Origin: Macrostomum hystrix
Lineage: Eukaryota > Animalia > Platyhelminthes
NCBI GenBank assembly: GCA_950097015.1
Contig: CATNEN010000002.1
Coordinates: 1,240,001 to 1,304,000, forward strand
DNA length: 64,000 nt
Reading direction: 5' to 3'
The notes under the pieces were generated by a model that made no database searches, was not told the DNA's origin, and saw only the letters and a list, made by a program, of their open reading frames with translations. Of the stretch, positions 24,701 through 36,776 are shown piece by piece; the stretch's first letter is position 1; each line of letters opens with the position of its first letter. Made by a program: the position numbers and the translations under genes.

Positions 24701-26380
24701 GCTCGAAAAGGTCATTTTCAAATTTGCTTTGCCAGAAAGCCACTGGAGGGATGGAGGACGCTGTACAGAGCGGTAGAACTTCACGCAGACTGTGTACATA
24801 AGCTTTACCCAGTTGAAATAAACTACATGGAACAGAAATGCGACGAATTATGCAAGATACAAATTGCATGGCTTTGGCAGACTTTCAGCATGCAGACCAA
24901 CGAGAGTCTCTGGTTCTGGTTTATTCGCCATTCACCACGCAAAGAGGAACCAACAGTCAACAAGAACATTCGCTTCAATGATATAACTCCCGGATCGGTT
25001 AGGAATATGGTAATGAAGCAAAGCGAGGATTGGAAAAACTTTGTTAGCAAGCAAAAGCGTTATGCATTTGACCAGTGTCGTAATGAAATAGAAAAAATCT
25101 ACAAAGATGCTTTAATTTTGGAATCACCTCAAATATCTGATGAAGACAAGCGGTTCGCCCGCTTTCATTTGTGCGAGTCGCTGCTCAATCGCAAGGCTGC
25201 AGTTCCGGACTCAGAAAATTATTTTAGCCAGCTTGTGAACGGAAAAGCGTCAGTGGCCGAGAAGCGTCTTAAGGCCAAGTGGTTTCTGGCTCAGCAATAT
25301 ACGAGTAAGATAAGCCACGACAACTTGCTTCAAATCATTTCGCTAGGTTGCAAAGACATTTTTCTAAAAGTTGTCGAAGATCTAATTAAAAGTCAACCGA
25401 ACTACCCGACGAGTCGCCGGTACGAGAAAGAAGAACCGGAGCCGCTGGACTTCCAAGTTTATTTTAGCACAACTGCCTATGAGTTCTGCGCAAGGATGTT
25501 GAACTGTGCGAATTCTGACAGCAGTGGATTCTACCTCCAGTCTCTGCCTTTCCCTGTGGATGATGAAGGTAAAAGCAGGAGGCCGCGAATCATCAAGTCT
25601 GACACAGAATTCGTAAAATACTTGCGCGAGAGAATAAATAAGTTCTTGCGAATTAACTATTCAGAGCGATCAGTTGACCGTGGAGTCACAATGCGAGAGT
25701 CTAGATTTAAATTGGCACAGAGGACTCTGGCTACTGCCAGAAAGTCAGCAAGCAGTAGCGGCAGCAGCGCTCAGTTTGAGATTGATTTATTGAAAAGTGC
25801 CAAGGAGCACATGGACGGTTTGGTTGAGCTGCTGCCAAAGGAAGATGGCAAACCAGCAGACGCCAACTATTATCATGCCTGCAGAAATGGTATTTTAAAA
25901 TTGAAGCCTGATAATTGGACCGTTCTTCAGACACCCAGTAAACTCGAACTTATAGTTAAGCTTCTCGAAGAGAATGAGAAACCTGGCAGCAATCCGGGAT
26001 TCAGTGCAGATTCTCGGCCGATTTCGCACGAGGAGGCTACTAAGTTTGCAAAAACGCTTTTTACTAAAGGAAAGTCACTTGAACAAATGGCCAAACTTAA
26101 GCTTCCTGACGAGATTTTAAATTTCCTCGCTCAGCGTGAGGCGTTTGTATGGCGAAAGCAGGGAGCATGGCTGTTCTTGTGGACGCACTACGGCAACATG
26201 GTGCACAGACGAAAGCAGGAGGAGGCAAGCTTTTACAAGAAAGAAATCAAAGATAAGCTGGAGCAACGCGGAGGCCCTGGGTCTCTGTACGAGCTGGCAC
26301 AGTTCGCCGTGGAGTTTGCCGAGGAGACTCAGTGGGTCTTCGAGAACTTCAAGAATGAGAGGAATAATGATGATGTCTGA
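21756..26380 (+). CDS. Large IFIT/TTC22-like TPR protein, about 1296 aa
   Basis: Exons 21756-21782, 21900-22496, 22986-23076 and 23205-26380 splice in phase (3891 nt). LPELPCQFLW and AYHTIIAYL...NYQEAEKHLEFAEKI resemble the IFIT N-terminal L-x-x-L-x-C-H-F-T-W and HNLLAYV...EEALKSLKEAE segments. Helical repeats follow. Confidence 0.7.
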
Positions 26381-26835
26381 TTTAACTGAAGACAATCATT
26401 TTACTAAGATGAGAAGGAAATTAAAGGACAACTTTATAATTAGATATTCGCTATGTTTTTATTTACGACTTTTTTACTTTTTTATTCTGGCCAATTTTTC
26501 CGCACTAAATGTAAAATCCATTTTTTTCTTTTTTTCGTGATCTGCTTCAGCGGTTCCAACGCAATATTTTATGTACATTAACGGACTGACTTTCTCGGCA
26601 GTCACTCATTATCTTGCACTTAATTTAAACACGTTTTAAAACCAGAACATAAAATTCTCGGGACTAAACAGCCGCTAGTTGCCGGAGCTGGTAAATATAT
26701 GAAGAGACTGTACCAAATGTGCAACTCTGAAACACAAATACCCACCATTTCGCAATGCTGGCTGCATGAAATTTGCAGTTAAAAGTTTCTGTCTCAAAGT
26801 TCCTTTCGGTTTGATTCTAAAAGAAATTTTTTTTT

Positions 26836-27035
26836 CAGCAACACTGCCTGCTTTGTTTATTTTGACTAAATATTTATTCAGCAACACTGCCTGCTTCGTT
26901 TATTTTGACTAAATATTTATGCAGCAACACTGCCTGCTTCGTTTATTTTGACTAAATATTTATTCAGCAACTCTGCCTGTTACTTTATTTTGACTAAATA
27001 TTTATTCAGCAACTCTGCCTGTTACTTTTTTGACT
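26836..27035. repeat. About 43-bp tandem repeat, about 5 units
   Basis: cagcaacactgcctgcttYgtttattttgactaaatatttat repeated. Confidence 0.85.
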
Positions 27036-29275
27036 ATGGAATATTTTTTGACGATTAAAAAATCTATAGCTTTGTTATTATACTAGAACAAAGTTCAATA
27101 TAAAACGTTAAAAGCGAAACGACAGTCGCAATGGTTCAAGTTCAGCCAAATAAAAAAATATATTTAATTTGTTTTAAAATTTGTTTTAATGTCATGTAAC
27201 TTCCATGTTACACCAATGTAACACCAATTCGTTAAATATGATTTTTGTGAAATGCAAAGGAGGTAAACAAGTTTTTGTTGCAGGTAATCCATTTCTCGTA
27301 TATGCAGCGAATATCTTAGACCGCTTGCTCAGCAGAGCTCCGCGTGTCATTTTTCGCTTCGACTCCAGTTGACTGTTCTCACAACTGGGAAATTTAGTGT
27401 AGTGTCAGCTTGTTTGCCCTTCTATTATTCAGTACTTATTTTTAGACGTGTTTTTGCTAAGAGTTCACCCACGCCAAGCCGGGCCGGACCAGCTGGGGGA
27501 ACGGACGCCCACCACCCCGCGAGCACTACCCCTGGGCTACGGTCCCGGCCAATCAGCGAGCGACCCGGCCTCACTACCTGTCTACCCTCGGCAAGAAGCA
27601 ACCCCGGGGCTCAGAACGGCGGTCGCAAGTCTACTGTGATTTGTCACCTTGGCTCAAGCTACAGCCAGGCATCCACCTCGCCGATCGACCTAATTTGGGG
27701 TTAAAATGACTCTATATAACGAAGCGTGTTTTCGTAGTCCAAAATTATCTTTTTCTGCAATCCGCCTCACACTGTGAGAAGCACGTGCAAATTATCGCTA
27801 TCGGCAATTCGCCTCACACTGTGAGAAGCACGCGCCAGCAAATTAAGTCCACTTGTTTTGTCCTTCCCCGCCCGACCACGCTCCGCTTGTTCAGTTAGGT
27901 AGCTTTCGGCGCTACGCGTCTTGAGAGTGCGCCGCTGACAAGGGTGGTCTAGATAGGCGCTGGTTGTCGAAGTCAGTACGTGCTCTCTTCGGAGACTCCG
28001 CCGTCCGGCAGAAGGAGTGCCAACCGATAGGATTTGTCGGGGCAGCGCTGAAAGCAGAGACAACCGGAGCCTCTCGGGAAGAGTAGGGCGCGGATTAGGC
28101 CAGTTAGGTAAAATTGTTATATCCAAATTGTTAGGCCAGACTTGCTTCTCACTGTGAGCGCGCTATAATTTATTTCTGTGCGAACATCTATTCTGTCAGT
28201 ATAACTTTTAAGTCAAGTAAACGATATTCAAAGTAATTCTATTCGTATCTGAAATCTTAGTCACAGCTGATCAAATCACTTCTAATCAAATTATTCGAGT
28301 CTTGTGTTCACACTATGTTATTCCTTTTCCATTGGGAGTTTCGCCGGGCCGGAGGACGACATTTCCTATTCCGCTTCGCTTGCTACCCTAGTACTCTAAC
28401 GCTATTTAATTTCAGATTCCCTGCTGCTATTGAAACGATTGGTAGGACACCGACCCTGGTGAATAGTGAATAGTCGCTAGCTTTAAAATTCCTCTCGCTC
28501 CAGCTAGGACATTCATTTTATTACATTAGCAAGTGATTATCTTATTTAGAACAGTTAGATTTTTTCTTGTTTATGAGAAACGGATTAACGGTATTAACGA
28601 AAACTAATTATTTTTTATTCTGCAGTAACGCTAACTAAAGCAAAAAGTAGACATGACTATTTATTCGATTTCAAACAGAAACATCAGATGACAAAGAAAC
28701 TGGTAACAGCAGTTTGCAAAGCCTGTGAATTGCCTAAAGCAGCAGTTAACAGCAGTAAATTGCCTAAAGATGTAGACATAGCCCACTGTAGTACGCAACC
28801 TCAAATAGTAGGCAAGGTGGTAGGCAGAGTATAGGCTCAGAATCAAGCAGTGAAGCGAAGAAGCCTCTCTCTGAAGTTGGTCCAATATATTAATTGTCTA
28901 TTACCAAATAGTCGACCAAAGAGGGCAAGCTCTTGACTTACTTGACTTAGCGGCAGGGAGCCTCCATGACGGACGCAGCGAGGAGGCGGCTGATGCCGAG
29001 CTCTGGTCAAGCTCTGGTCGACTAAGTTTTTCATAACTATACGAGCGTAGAATCGTAGGCGAGCCTAAAGAAGCTGCGCGTGACAGAAATTAAGATTATG
29101 GAAGATTAAATTCATAACAAACGGTAAAAAACAAAAGCAAGTGCCTGGATTAAGGGCTACATTAATTTTGCAGGCAATAAACGTATTTTTTTATACAGCA
29201 CAACCTACTCGATTTGGTCATTGTGAGTAGTGAATTTTGTCTCAATTGTATAATTTTGCAAATTAGAGTGCTCCC

Positions 29276-30968
29276 ATGATTGATTTGACTGGGACGACAG
29301 GACAGGTTTGGCCATTGGACCCCAGTGTCTCTGTGACTTCGAATGAGGCATTTCAATTTATGATTGATTTGACTGGGACGACAGGACAGGTTTGGCCATT
29401 GGACCCCAGTGTCTCTGTGACTTCGAATGAGGCATTTCAATTTATGATTGATTTGACTGGGACGACAGGACAGGTTTGGCCATTGGACCCCAGTGTCTCT
29501 GTGACTTCGAATGAGGCATTTCAATTTATGATTGATTTGACTGGGACGACAGGACAGGTTTGGCCATTGGACCCCAGTGTCTCTGTGACTTCGAATGAGG
29601 CATTTCAATTTATGATTGATTTGACTGGGACGACAGGACAGATTTGGCCATTGGACCCCAGTGTCTCTGTGACTTCGAATGAGGCATTTCAATTTATGAT
29701 TGATTTGACTGGGACGACAGGACAGGTTTGGCCATTGGACCCCAGTGTCTCTGTGACTTCGAATGAGGCATTTCAATTTATGATTGATTTGACTGGGACG
29801 ACAGGACAGGTTTGGCCATTGGACCCCAGTGTCTCTGTGACTTCGAATGAGGCATTTCAATTTATGATTGATTTGACTGGGACGACAGGACAGGTTTGGC
29901 CATTGGACCCCAGTGTCTCTGTGACTTCGAATGAGGCATTTCAATTTATGATTGATTTGACTGGGACGACAGGACAGGTTTGGCCATTGGACCCCAGTGT
30001 CTCTGTGACTTCGAATGAGGCATTTCAATTTATGATTGATTTGACTGGGACGACAGGACAGGTTTGGCCATTGGACCCCAGTGTCTCTGTGACTTCGAAT
30101 GAGGCATTTCAATTTATGATTGATTTGACTGGGACGACAGGACAGGTTTGGCCATTGGACCCCAGTGTCTCTGTGACTTCGAATGAGGCATTTCAATTTA
30201 TGATTGATTTGACTGGGACGACAGGACAGGTTTGGCCATTGGACCCCAGTGTCTCTGTGACTTCGAATGAGGCATTTCAATTTATGATTGATTTGACTGG
30301 GACGACAGGACAGGTTTGGCCATTGGACCCCAGTGTCTCTGTGACTTCGAATGAGGCATTTCAATTTATGATTGATTTGACTGGGACGACAGGACAGATT
30401 TGGCCATTGGACCCCAGTGTCTCTGTGACTTCGAATGAGGCATTTCAATTTATGATTGATTTGACTGGGACGACAGGACAGGTTTGGCCATTGGACCCCA
30501 GTGTCTCTGTGACTTCGAATGAGGCATTTCAATTTATGATTGATTTGACTGGGACGACAGGACAGGTTTGGCCATTGGACCCCAGTGTCTCTGTGACTTC
30601 GAATGAGGCATTTCAATTTATGATTGATTTGACTGGGACGACAGGACAGGTTTGGCCATTGGACCCCAGTGTCTCTGTGACTTCGAATGAGGCATTTCAA
30701 TTTATGATTGATTTGACTGGGACGACAGGACAGGTTTGGCCATTGGACCCCAGTGTCTCTGTGACTTCGAATGAGGCATTTCAATTTATGATTGATTTGA
30801 CTGGGACGACAGGACAGGTTTGGCCATTGGACCCCAGTGTCTCTGTGACTTCGAATGAGGCATTTCAATTTATGATTGATTTGACTGGGACGACAGGACA
30901 GGTTTGGCCATTGGACCCCAGTGTCTCTGTGACTTCGAATGAGGCATTTCAATTTATGATTGATTTGA
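29276..30968. repeat. 84-bp tandem array, 20 units, near-perfect
   Basis: Unit atgattgatttgactgggacgacaggacaggtttggcc...tttcaattt; only two variant units seen (caga instead of cagg). Confidence 0.97.
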
Positions 30969-31711
30969 CTGCTCGAGCATGATCGAAATTGACTGGGAAA
31001 AGGCCATACTAAGATTGCCGAATGAACCGTGAATCGATAATAAGTGAAAGTTACTTTAACTTGTTATATTCCGTGCTGAATAGCCATTGGCTTCCACTGG
31101 AATTATCAAACATAGAAATATTGCTAAGTTTACAGGCGCAAATAGATGAATTTCAACCAAAACGGATAAAAAGTAGCAAGGCTACAGAGATTGAGCAGCA
31201 GGCATCGAGTTCAGGTTAGAAGATTTTAAATCATTACCAATGTCCAATAAGTCACTAAGTGCTACAAACCATTCGTCTGGCTCGCTAATGTTTAATATAG
31301 GCGCCGTTACGGAACTTGTGGAAGCTGTGGAATTGCCATTACCAAAAACTCATGCATTTGGTGAAGATACTGCTTGGCAACCAGATTAGCTGCAGTCAAA
31401 TCTGTAGTTGTCACACAGACCTTTCTGTTGCATCCGTAATTAGCCCGGCTGTGAAAGGTGATGTGCTTCTCAAGAAAGAGAGTGAAGTCAGAGACAGTGC
31501 GGGCAGAGACAGGTGTTCGGATGCTTTTCCATCTTGCTCAAAGCGAAAATATTTTAAATTGGAAGCGATGAGCTCATGAGTACGAGCTGGATGAGAACGC
31601 CGATAGTGTGCAGTCAGTCCGGTACCCCTTCCACTCCAGGAGTTGCGTAACAGACAATTGATGCGAATGTGCCTTGCTATCGAATTGATTTTTTTTGCTA
31701 GGTAAGAGATA

Positions 31712-33116
31712 AGAGAATGATAGATAAGAGAGTGATAGATAAGAGAGTGATAGATAAGAGAGTGATAGATAAGAGAGTGATAGATAAGAGAGTGATAGAT
31801 AAGAAAGTGATAGATAAGAGAATGATAGATAAGAGAGTGATAGATAAGAGAGTGATAGATAAGAGAGTGATAGATAAGAGAATGATAGATAAGAGAGTGA
31901 TAGATAAGAGAATGATAGATAAGAGAGTGATAGATAAGAGAGTGATAGATAAGAGAGTGATAGATAAGAGAGTGATAGATAAGAGAGTGATAGATAAGAG
32001 AATGATAGATAAGAGAGTGATAGATAAGAGAATGATAGATAAGAGAGTGATAGATAAGAGAGTGATAGATAAGAGAGTGATAGATAAGCGAATGATAGAT
32101 AAGAGAGTGATAGATAAGAGAATGATAGATAAGAGAATGATAGATAAGAGAGTGATAGATAAGAGAGTGATAGATAAGAGAGTGATAGATAAGAGAGTGA
32201 TAGATAAGAGAGTGATAGATAAGAGAGTGATAGATAAGAGAGTGATAGATAAGAGAGTGATAGATAAGAGAGTGATAGATAAGAGAATGATAGATAAGAG
32301 AATGATAGATAAGAGAGTGATAGATAAGAGAATGATAGATAAGAGAGTGATAGATAAGAGAATGATAGATAAGAGAGTGATAGATAAGAGAGTGATAGAT
32401 AAGAGAATGATAGATAAGAGAATGATAGATAAGAGAGTGATAGATAAGAGAGTGATAGATAAGAGAATGATAGATAAGAGAATGATAGATAAGAGAGTGA
32501 TAGATAAGAGAGTGATAGATAAGAGAGTGATAGATAAGAGAGTGATAGATAAGAGAATGATAGATAAGAGAATGAGAGATAAGAGAATGATAGATAAGAG
32601 AATGATAGATAAGAGAATGATAGATAAGAGAATGATAGATAAGAGAATGATAGATAAGAGAATGATAGATAAGAGAATGATAGATAAGAGAATGATAGAT
32701 AAGAGAGTGATAGATAAGAGAATGATAGATAAGAGAATGATAGATAAGAGAATGATAGATAAGAGAATGATAGATAAGAGAATGATAGATAAGAGAGTGA
32801 TAGATAAGAGAATGATAGATAAGAGAATGATAGATAAGAGAGTGATAGATAAGAGAGTGATAGATAAGAGAGTGATAGATAAGAGAGTGATAGATAAGAG
32901 AATGATAGATAAGAGAATGAGAGATAAGAGAATGATAGATAAGAGAATGATAGATAAGAGAATGATAGATAAGAGAATGATAGATAAGAGAATGATAGAT
33001 AAGAGAGTGATAGATAAGAGAATGATAGATAAGAGAATGATAGATAAGAGAATGATAAATAAGAGAATGATAGATAAGAGAATGATAGATAAGAGAATGA
33101 TAGATAAGAGAGTGAA
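31712..33116. repeat. 15-bp minisatellite (gatagataagaga[g/a]t), about 94 units
   Basis: Directly visible period of 15. Confidence 0.97.
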
Positions 33117-34339
33117 TAGATGACACGAGACCAAGATTTGGCAGAGAAGCTAGATGAGATAGGAAACGGGTGAGAATATAAAGGCTGAAAGATGCTTTTT
33201 AAATGTGAAATTCAGGCTATTGTAAATGAACTACTTAAATTGCACTTGGTGTAATTAAGCTTATATTAATGATAATACTTTTTATATGTATTTATTATAG
33301 AATTCGGGATCTAGACAGCCTGAGTGTGAAAAGTCTTTGTTATTGGCTGTGATTATAAAACAGGGGTAACTCAGGGCCATAACCTATAACCACATAGAGC
33401 AGGGTTGTCAAATTCCGCCCCACACGCCAGATGCCGCCCTCGAAACTCCCAAATCCGGTCTGGCCCCCTTCCAACAACTTTAGTATCCTGTCCTGTCTCA
33501 TCTCTCTCATCTGGAGATAGAGACTCCTATGTCTCCTGTCTCTCTTGTCTCTCTCATCTAATCTCATCTCTCTCTCACCTGAAGATGGAGAGTCTCATCT
33601 CTCGATCCATTGTCTCCCATCTCATATATTCTGTCTCATCTAATTACATATCTGACTCATCCTCCCCTGTCTTGTCGATCCCGTGTCTCATCTCTTCCCT
33701 GTCTCCTCTCTCACTCCTGTCGTATCTCTTTTCTGTGTTATCTATCCAGTGTCTCATCTCACATATTCCTACCATATTCTCATATTCCTACAGTTAATGT
33801 GGCCCACTGTCGTCTTTTAGCTTTTATCTGCGGACCACACACTAATATAAGATTGCCAACCCCTGACCTAACGAAACTATATAAGAACATACAAACATAA
33901 AAAACAGTTTAAAATGGGTCTTTACAAGGAAAAAGCAAAAATTTAGTAAGGTTGCAGTGGTAGATAAAACAAAAGAATGGACAAAATAAACAAATATTTT
34001 CTTAGTATTTTTCATAGACTCCAAATGAGTAAAACTCCATGCAAATTTTGGTAAAAGCCTATAAAGTTATTTATAATGTGTATAATGTTTTCTCTTATAA
34101 ACCTTTCCATTTTTTTCTGGAAAAGTTTAATTCCGGATTAAATCAGAGTTCTGTAACAGTTTTGCGTTACCGAGCTGCTTTTTCATTTCATATAGACTCA
34201 CATAAATGTAAATTCGAACTTAGGTTTCACTTAGACGCCAGCTGCACGGGTAGTAGGCCGCCAATCCCACTCGAGTATATTTAAATACAAGCTGAGCCAA
34301 TCAGCGTAGAGTAACTTCGCGATGACGGGATAGAGATGG

Positions 34340-34733
34340 TACACGGGAGAGATGAGACACGGGAGAGATGAGACACGGGAGAGATAAGGCACGGGAGAGA
34401 TGAGGCACGGGAGAGATGAGACACGGGAGAGATGAGACACGGGAGAGATGAGGCACGGGAGAGATGAGACACGGGAGAGATGAGACACGGGAGAGATGAG
34501 ACACGGGAGAGATGAGGCACGGGAGAGATGAGACACGGGAGAGATGAGACACGGGAGAGATGAGACACGGGAGAGATGAGACACGGGAGAGATGAGACAC
34601 GGGAGAGATGAGGCACGGGAGAGATGAGACACGGGAGAGATGAGACACGGTAGAGATGAGACACGGGAGAGATGAGACACGGGAGAGACGAGACACGGGA
34701 GAGATGAGACACGGGAGAGATGAGACACGGGAG
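34340..34733. repeat. 16-bp minisatellite (acacgggagagatgag), about 24 units
   Basis: Directly visible. Confidence 0.95.
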
Positions 34734-35359
34734 ATTTGGTTGATGGGGACAGAATGGGGGAGAACTATTATCGGTCATACTCGAGATAGTTTCAGATTTG
34801 TCAGTTCAGTGACTCATTTGGTTTTCTGAACTTGACAGAACTTCAGTAACGGAAGTTAACACTTGCGCGACAAAAGTATGACGTATAAATTGTTACTAGT
34901 ATGTTAATTTACGCTATAATAACAATATTTAGATTTAAGAACAGTATCTGAATGCATTATTTCTTCAGGGTTTGTGGCAAAAACAATCGTAAATTGCTTA
35001 GCGTCAAGAATAGTACTGGTGTGTCCATTATTGTGTTATCGTTGCCTTATCATTGATTTCTTCATCAATTAATCTACTTTAACTTTTGTCAGCCCTTATT
35101 TCCGTCCGATTGATTACTGGTAAGTTTTTCAAATGGTTCTCTGAAGGAAAATTCTTAACATTCTCAATTCTTCACTCGTAGTTTAATTTTTATAGGTCTA
35201 ACTGCAAATTCGGTCAGTGAAGAATGACTTGAAGGTCAGGCATTTCTTGCGTACACAGACACTTACACACGATTGTAATGCGTACACAGACACATATTCA
35301 CTATTGGAATGCTTACAGACACATACACACGATTGGAAAGCCTACACGGACACACAATA

Positions 35360-36370
35360 TTACATGAATGAGTACACAGACACACAGTTTACATGAATGA
35401 GTACACAGACACACAGTTTACATGAATGAGTACACAGACACACAATATTACATAATTGAGTACACAGACACACGGTATTACACGAATGAGTACACAGACA
35501 CACAATATTACATGAATGAGTACACAGACACACAATATTACATAATTGAGTACACAGACACACGGTATTACATAATTTAGTACACAGACACACGGTATTA
35601 CATAATTGAGTACACAGACACACGGTATTACATGAATGAGTACACAGACACACGGTATTACATAATTTAGTACACAGACACACGGTATTACATGAATGAG
35701 TACACAGACAAACAATATTACATAATTGAATACACAGACACACGGTATTACATAATTTAGTACACAGACACACGGTATTACATAATTGAGTACACAGACA
35801 CACGGTATTACATGAATGAGTACACAGACACACGGTATTACATGAATGAGTACACAGACAAACAATATTACATAATTGAATACACAGACACACGGTATTA
35901 CATAATTTAGTACACAGACACACGGTATTACATAATTGAGTACACAGACACACGGTATTACATGAATGAGTACACAGACACACGGTATTACATGAATGAG
36001 TACACAGACACACAATATTACATAATTGAATACACAGACACACGGTATTACATGAATGAGTACACAGACACACGGTATTACATGAATGAGTACACAGACA
36101 AACAATATTACATAATTGAATACACAGACACACGGTATTACATAATTTAGTACACAGACACACGGTATTACATAATTGAGTACACAGACACACGGTATTA
36201 CATGAATGAGTACACAGACACACAATATTACATAATTGAATACACAGACACACGGTATTACATAATTGAGTACACAGACACACGGTATTACATGAATGAG
36301 TACACAGACACACGGTATTACATAATTGAGTACACAGACACACAATATTACATGAATGAGTACACAGACA
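35360..36370. repeat. 30-bp minisatellite (gagtacacagacacacggtattacatgaat), about 34 units
   Basis: Units align in register on the 60-nt lines; degenerate copies start near 35250. Confidence 0.95.
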
Positions 36371-36479
36371 CTACTGAGATCAACTAGTGCCGTGTTTAAC
36401 GTGGCTTTTCTTTTCAGTAGGATGTCCTCATTTTGAAAGTGTATGGCCAAACTTCATATGACTGGTATATAAGTATAAG

Positions 36480-36635
36480 ATAATACCCCCCAAAAACGTT
36501 TCCTTGGCCATGGCCATGGCGCCTGTCAATGGCCATGGCGCCTGGCGCCTGGCGCCATGGCCATGGCCGAGGCCAATAGAAACGAGTCTCGAAGCCGACT
36601 TCATGGCCATAGACAACGCTTTTGGGGGGTATTAT
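36480..36635. other. Nested inverted-repeat (MITE-like hairpin) upstream of the Crypton ORF
   Basis: Outer IR gataataccccccaaa..cgtt / aacgctttggggggtattatc; inner IR ccttggccatggccatggcgcc / ggcgccatggccatggccgagg. Confidence 0.75.
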
Positions 36636-36776
36636 CATATTTAATCTTAGGCATGGTACAGCCTGTAACCCTCCCGAAAGTTGACTATGGCCGTGAAGAT
36701 ATTCTGCGAGGCTACATAGTTCGCTGTTTATGTCCAAAAAGACAGTTTACTCGGCTGTTCAACTGAATCAATTGGC

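Noticed and set aside
33398-33865. Possible hAT MITE (cagggttgtcaa ... ttgccaacccctg)
   Set aside because: The ends match poorly and no TSD was found.
31411-36450. Long ORFs (571, 478, 468, 327, 353 aa and others) in the 15-, 16- and 30-bp arrays; likewise 58795-60157
   Set aside because: Artefacts of stop-free repeat units.
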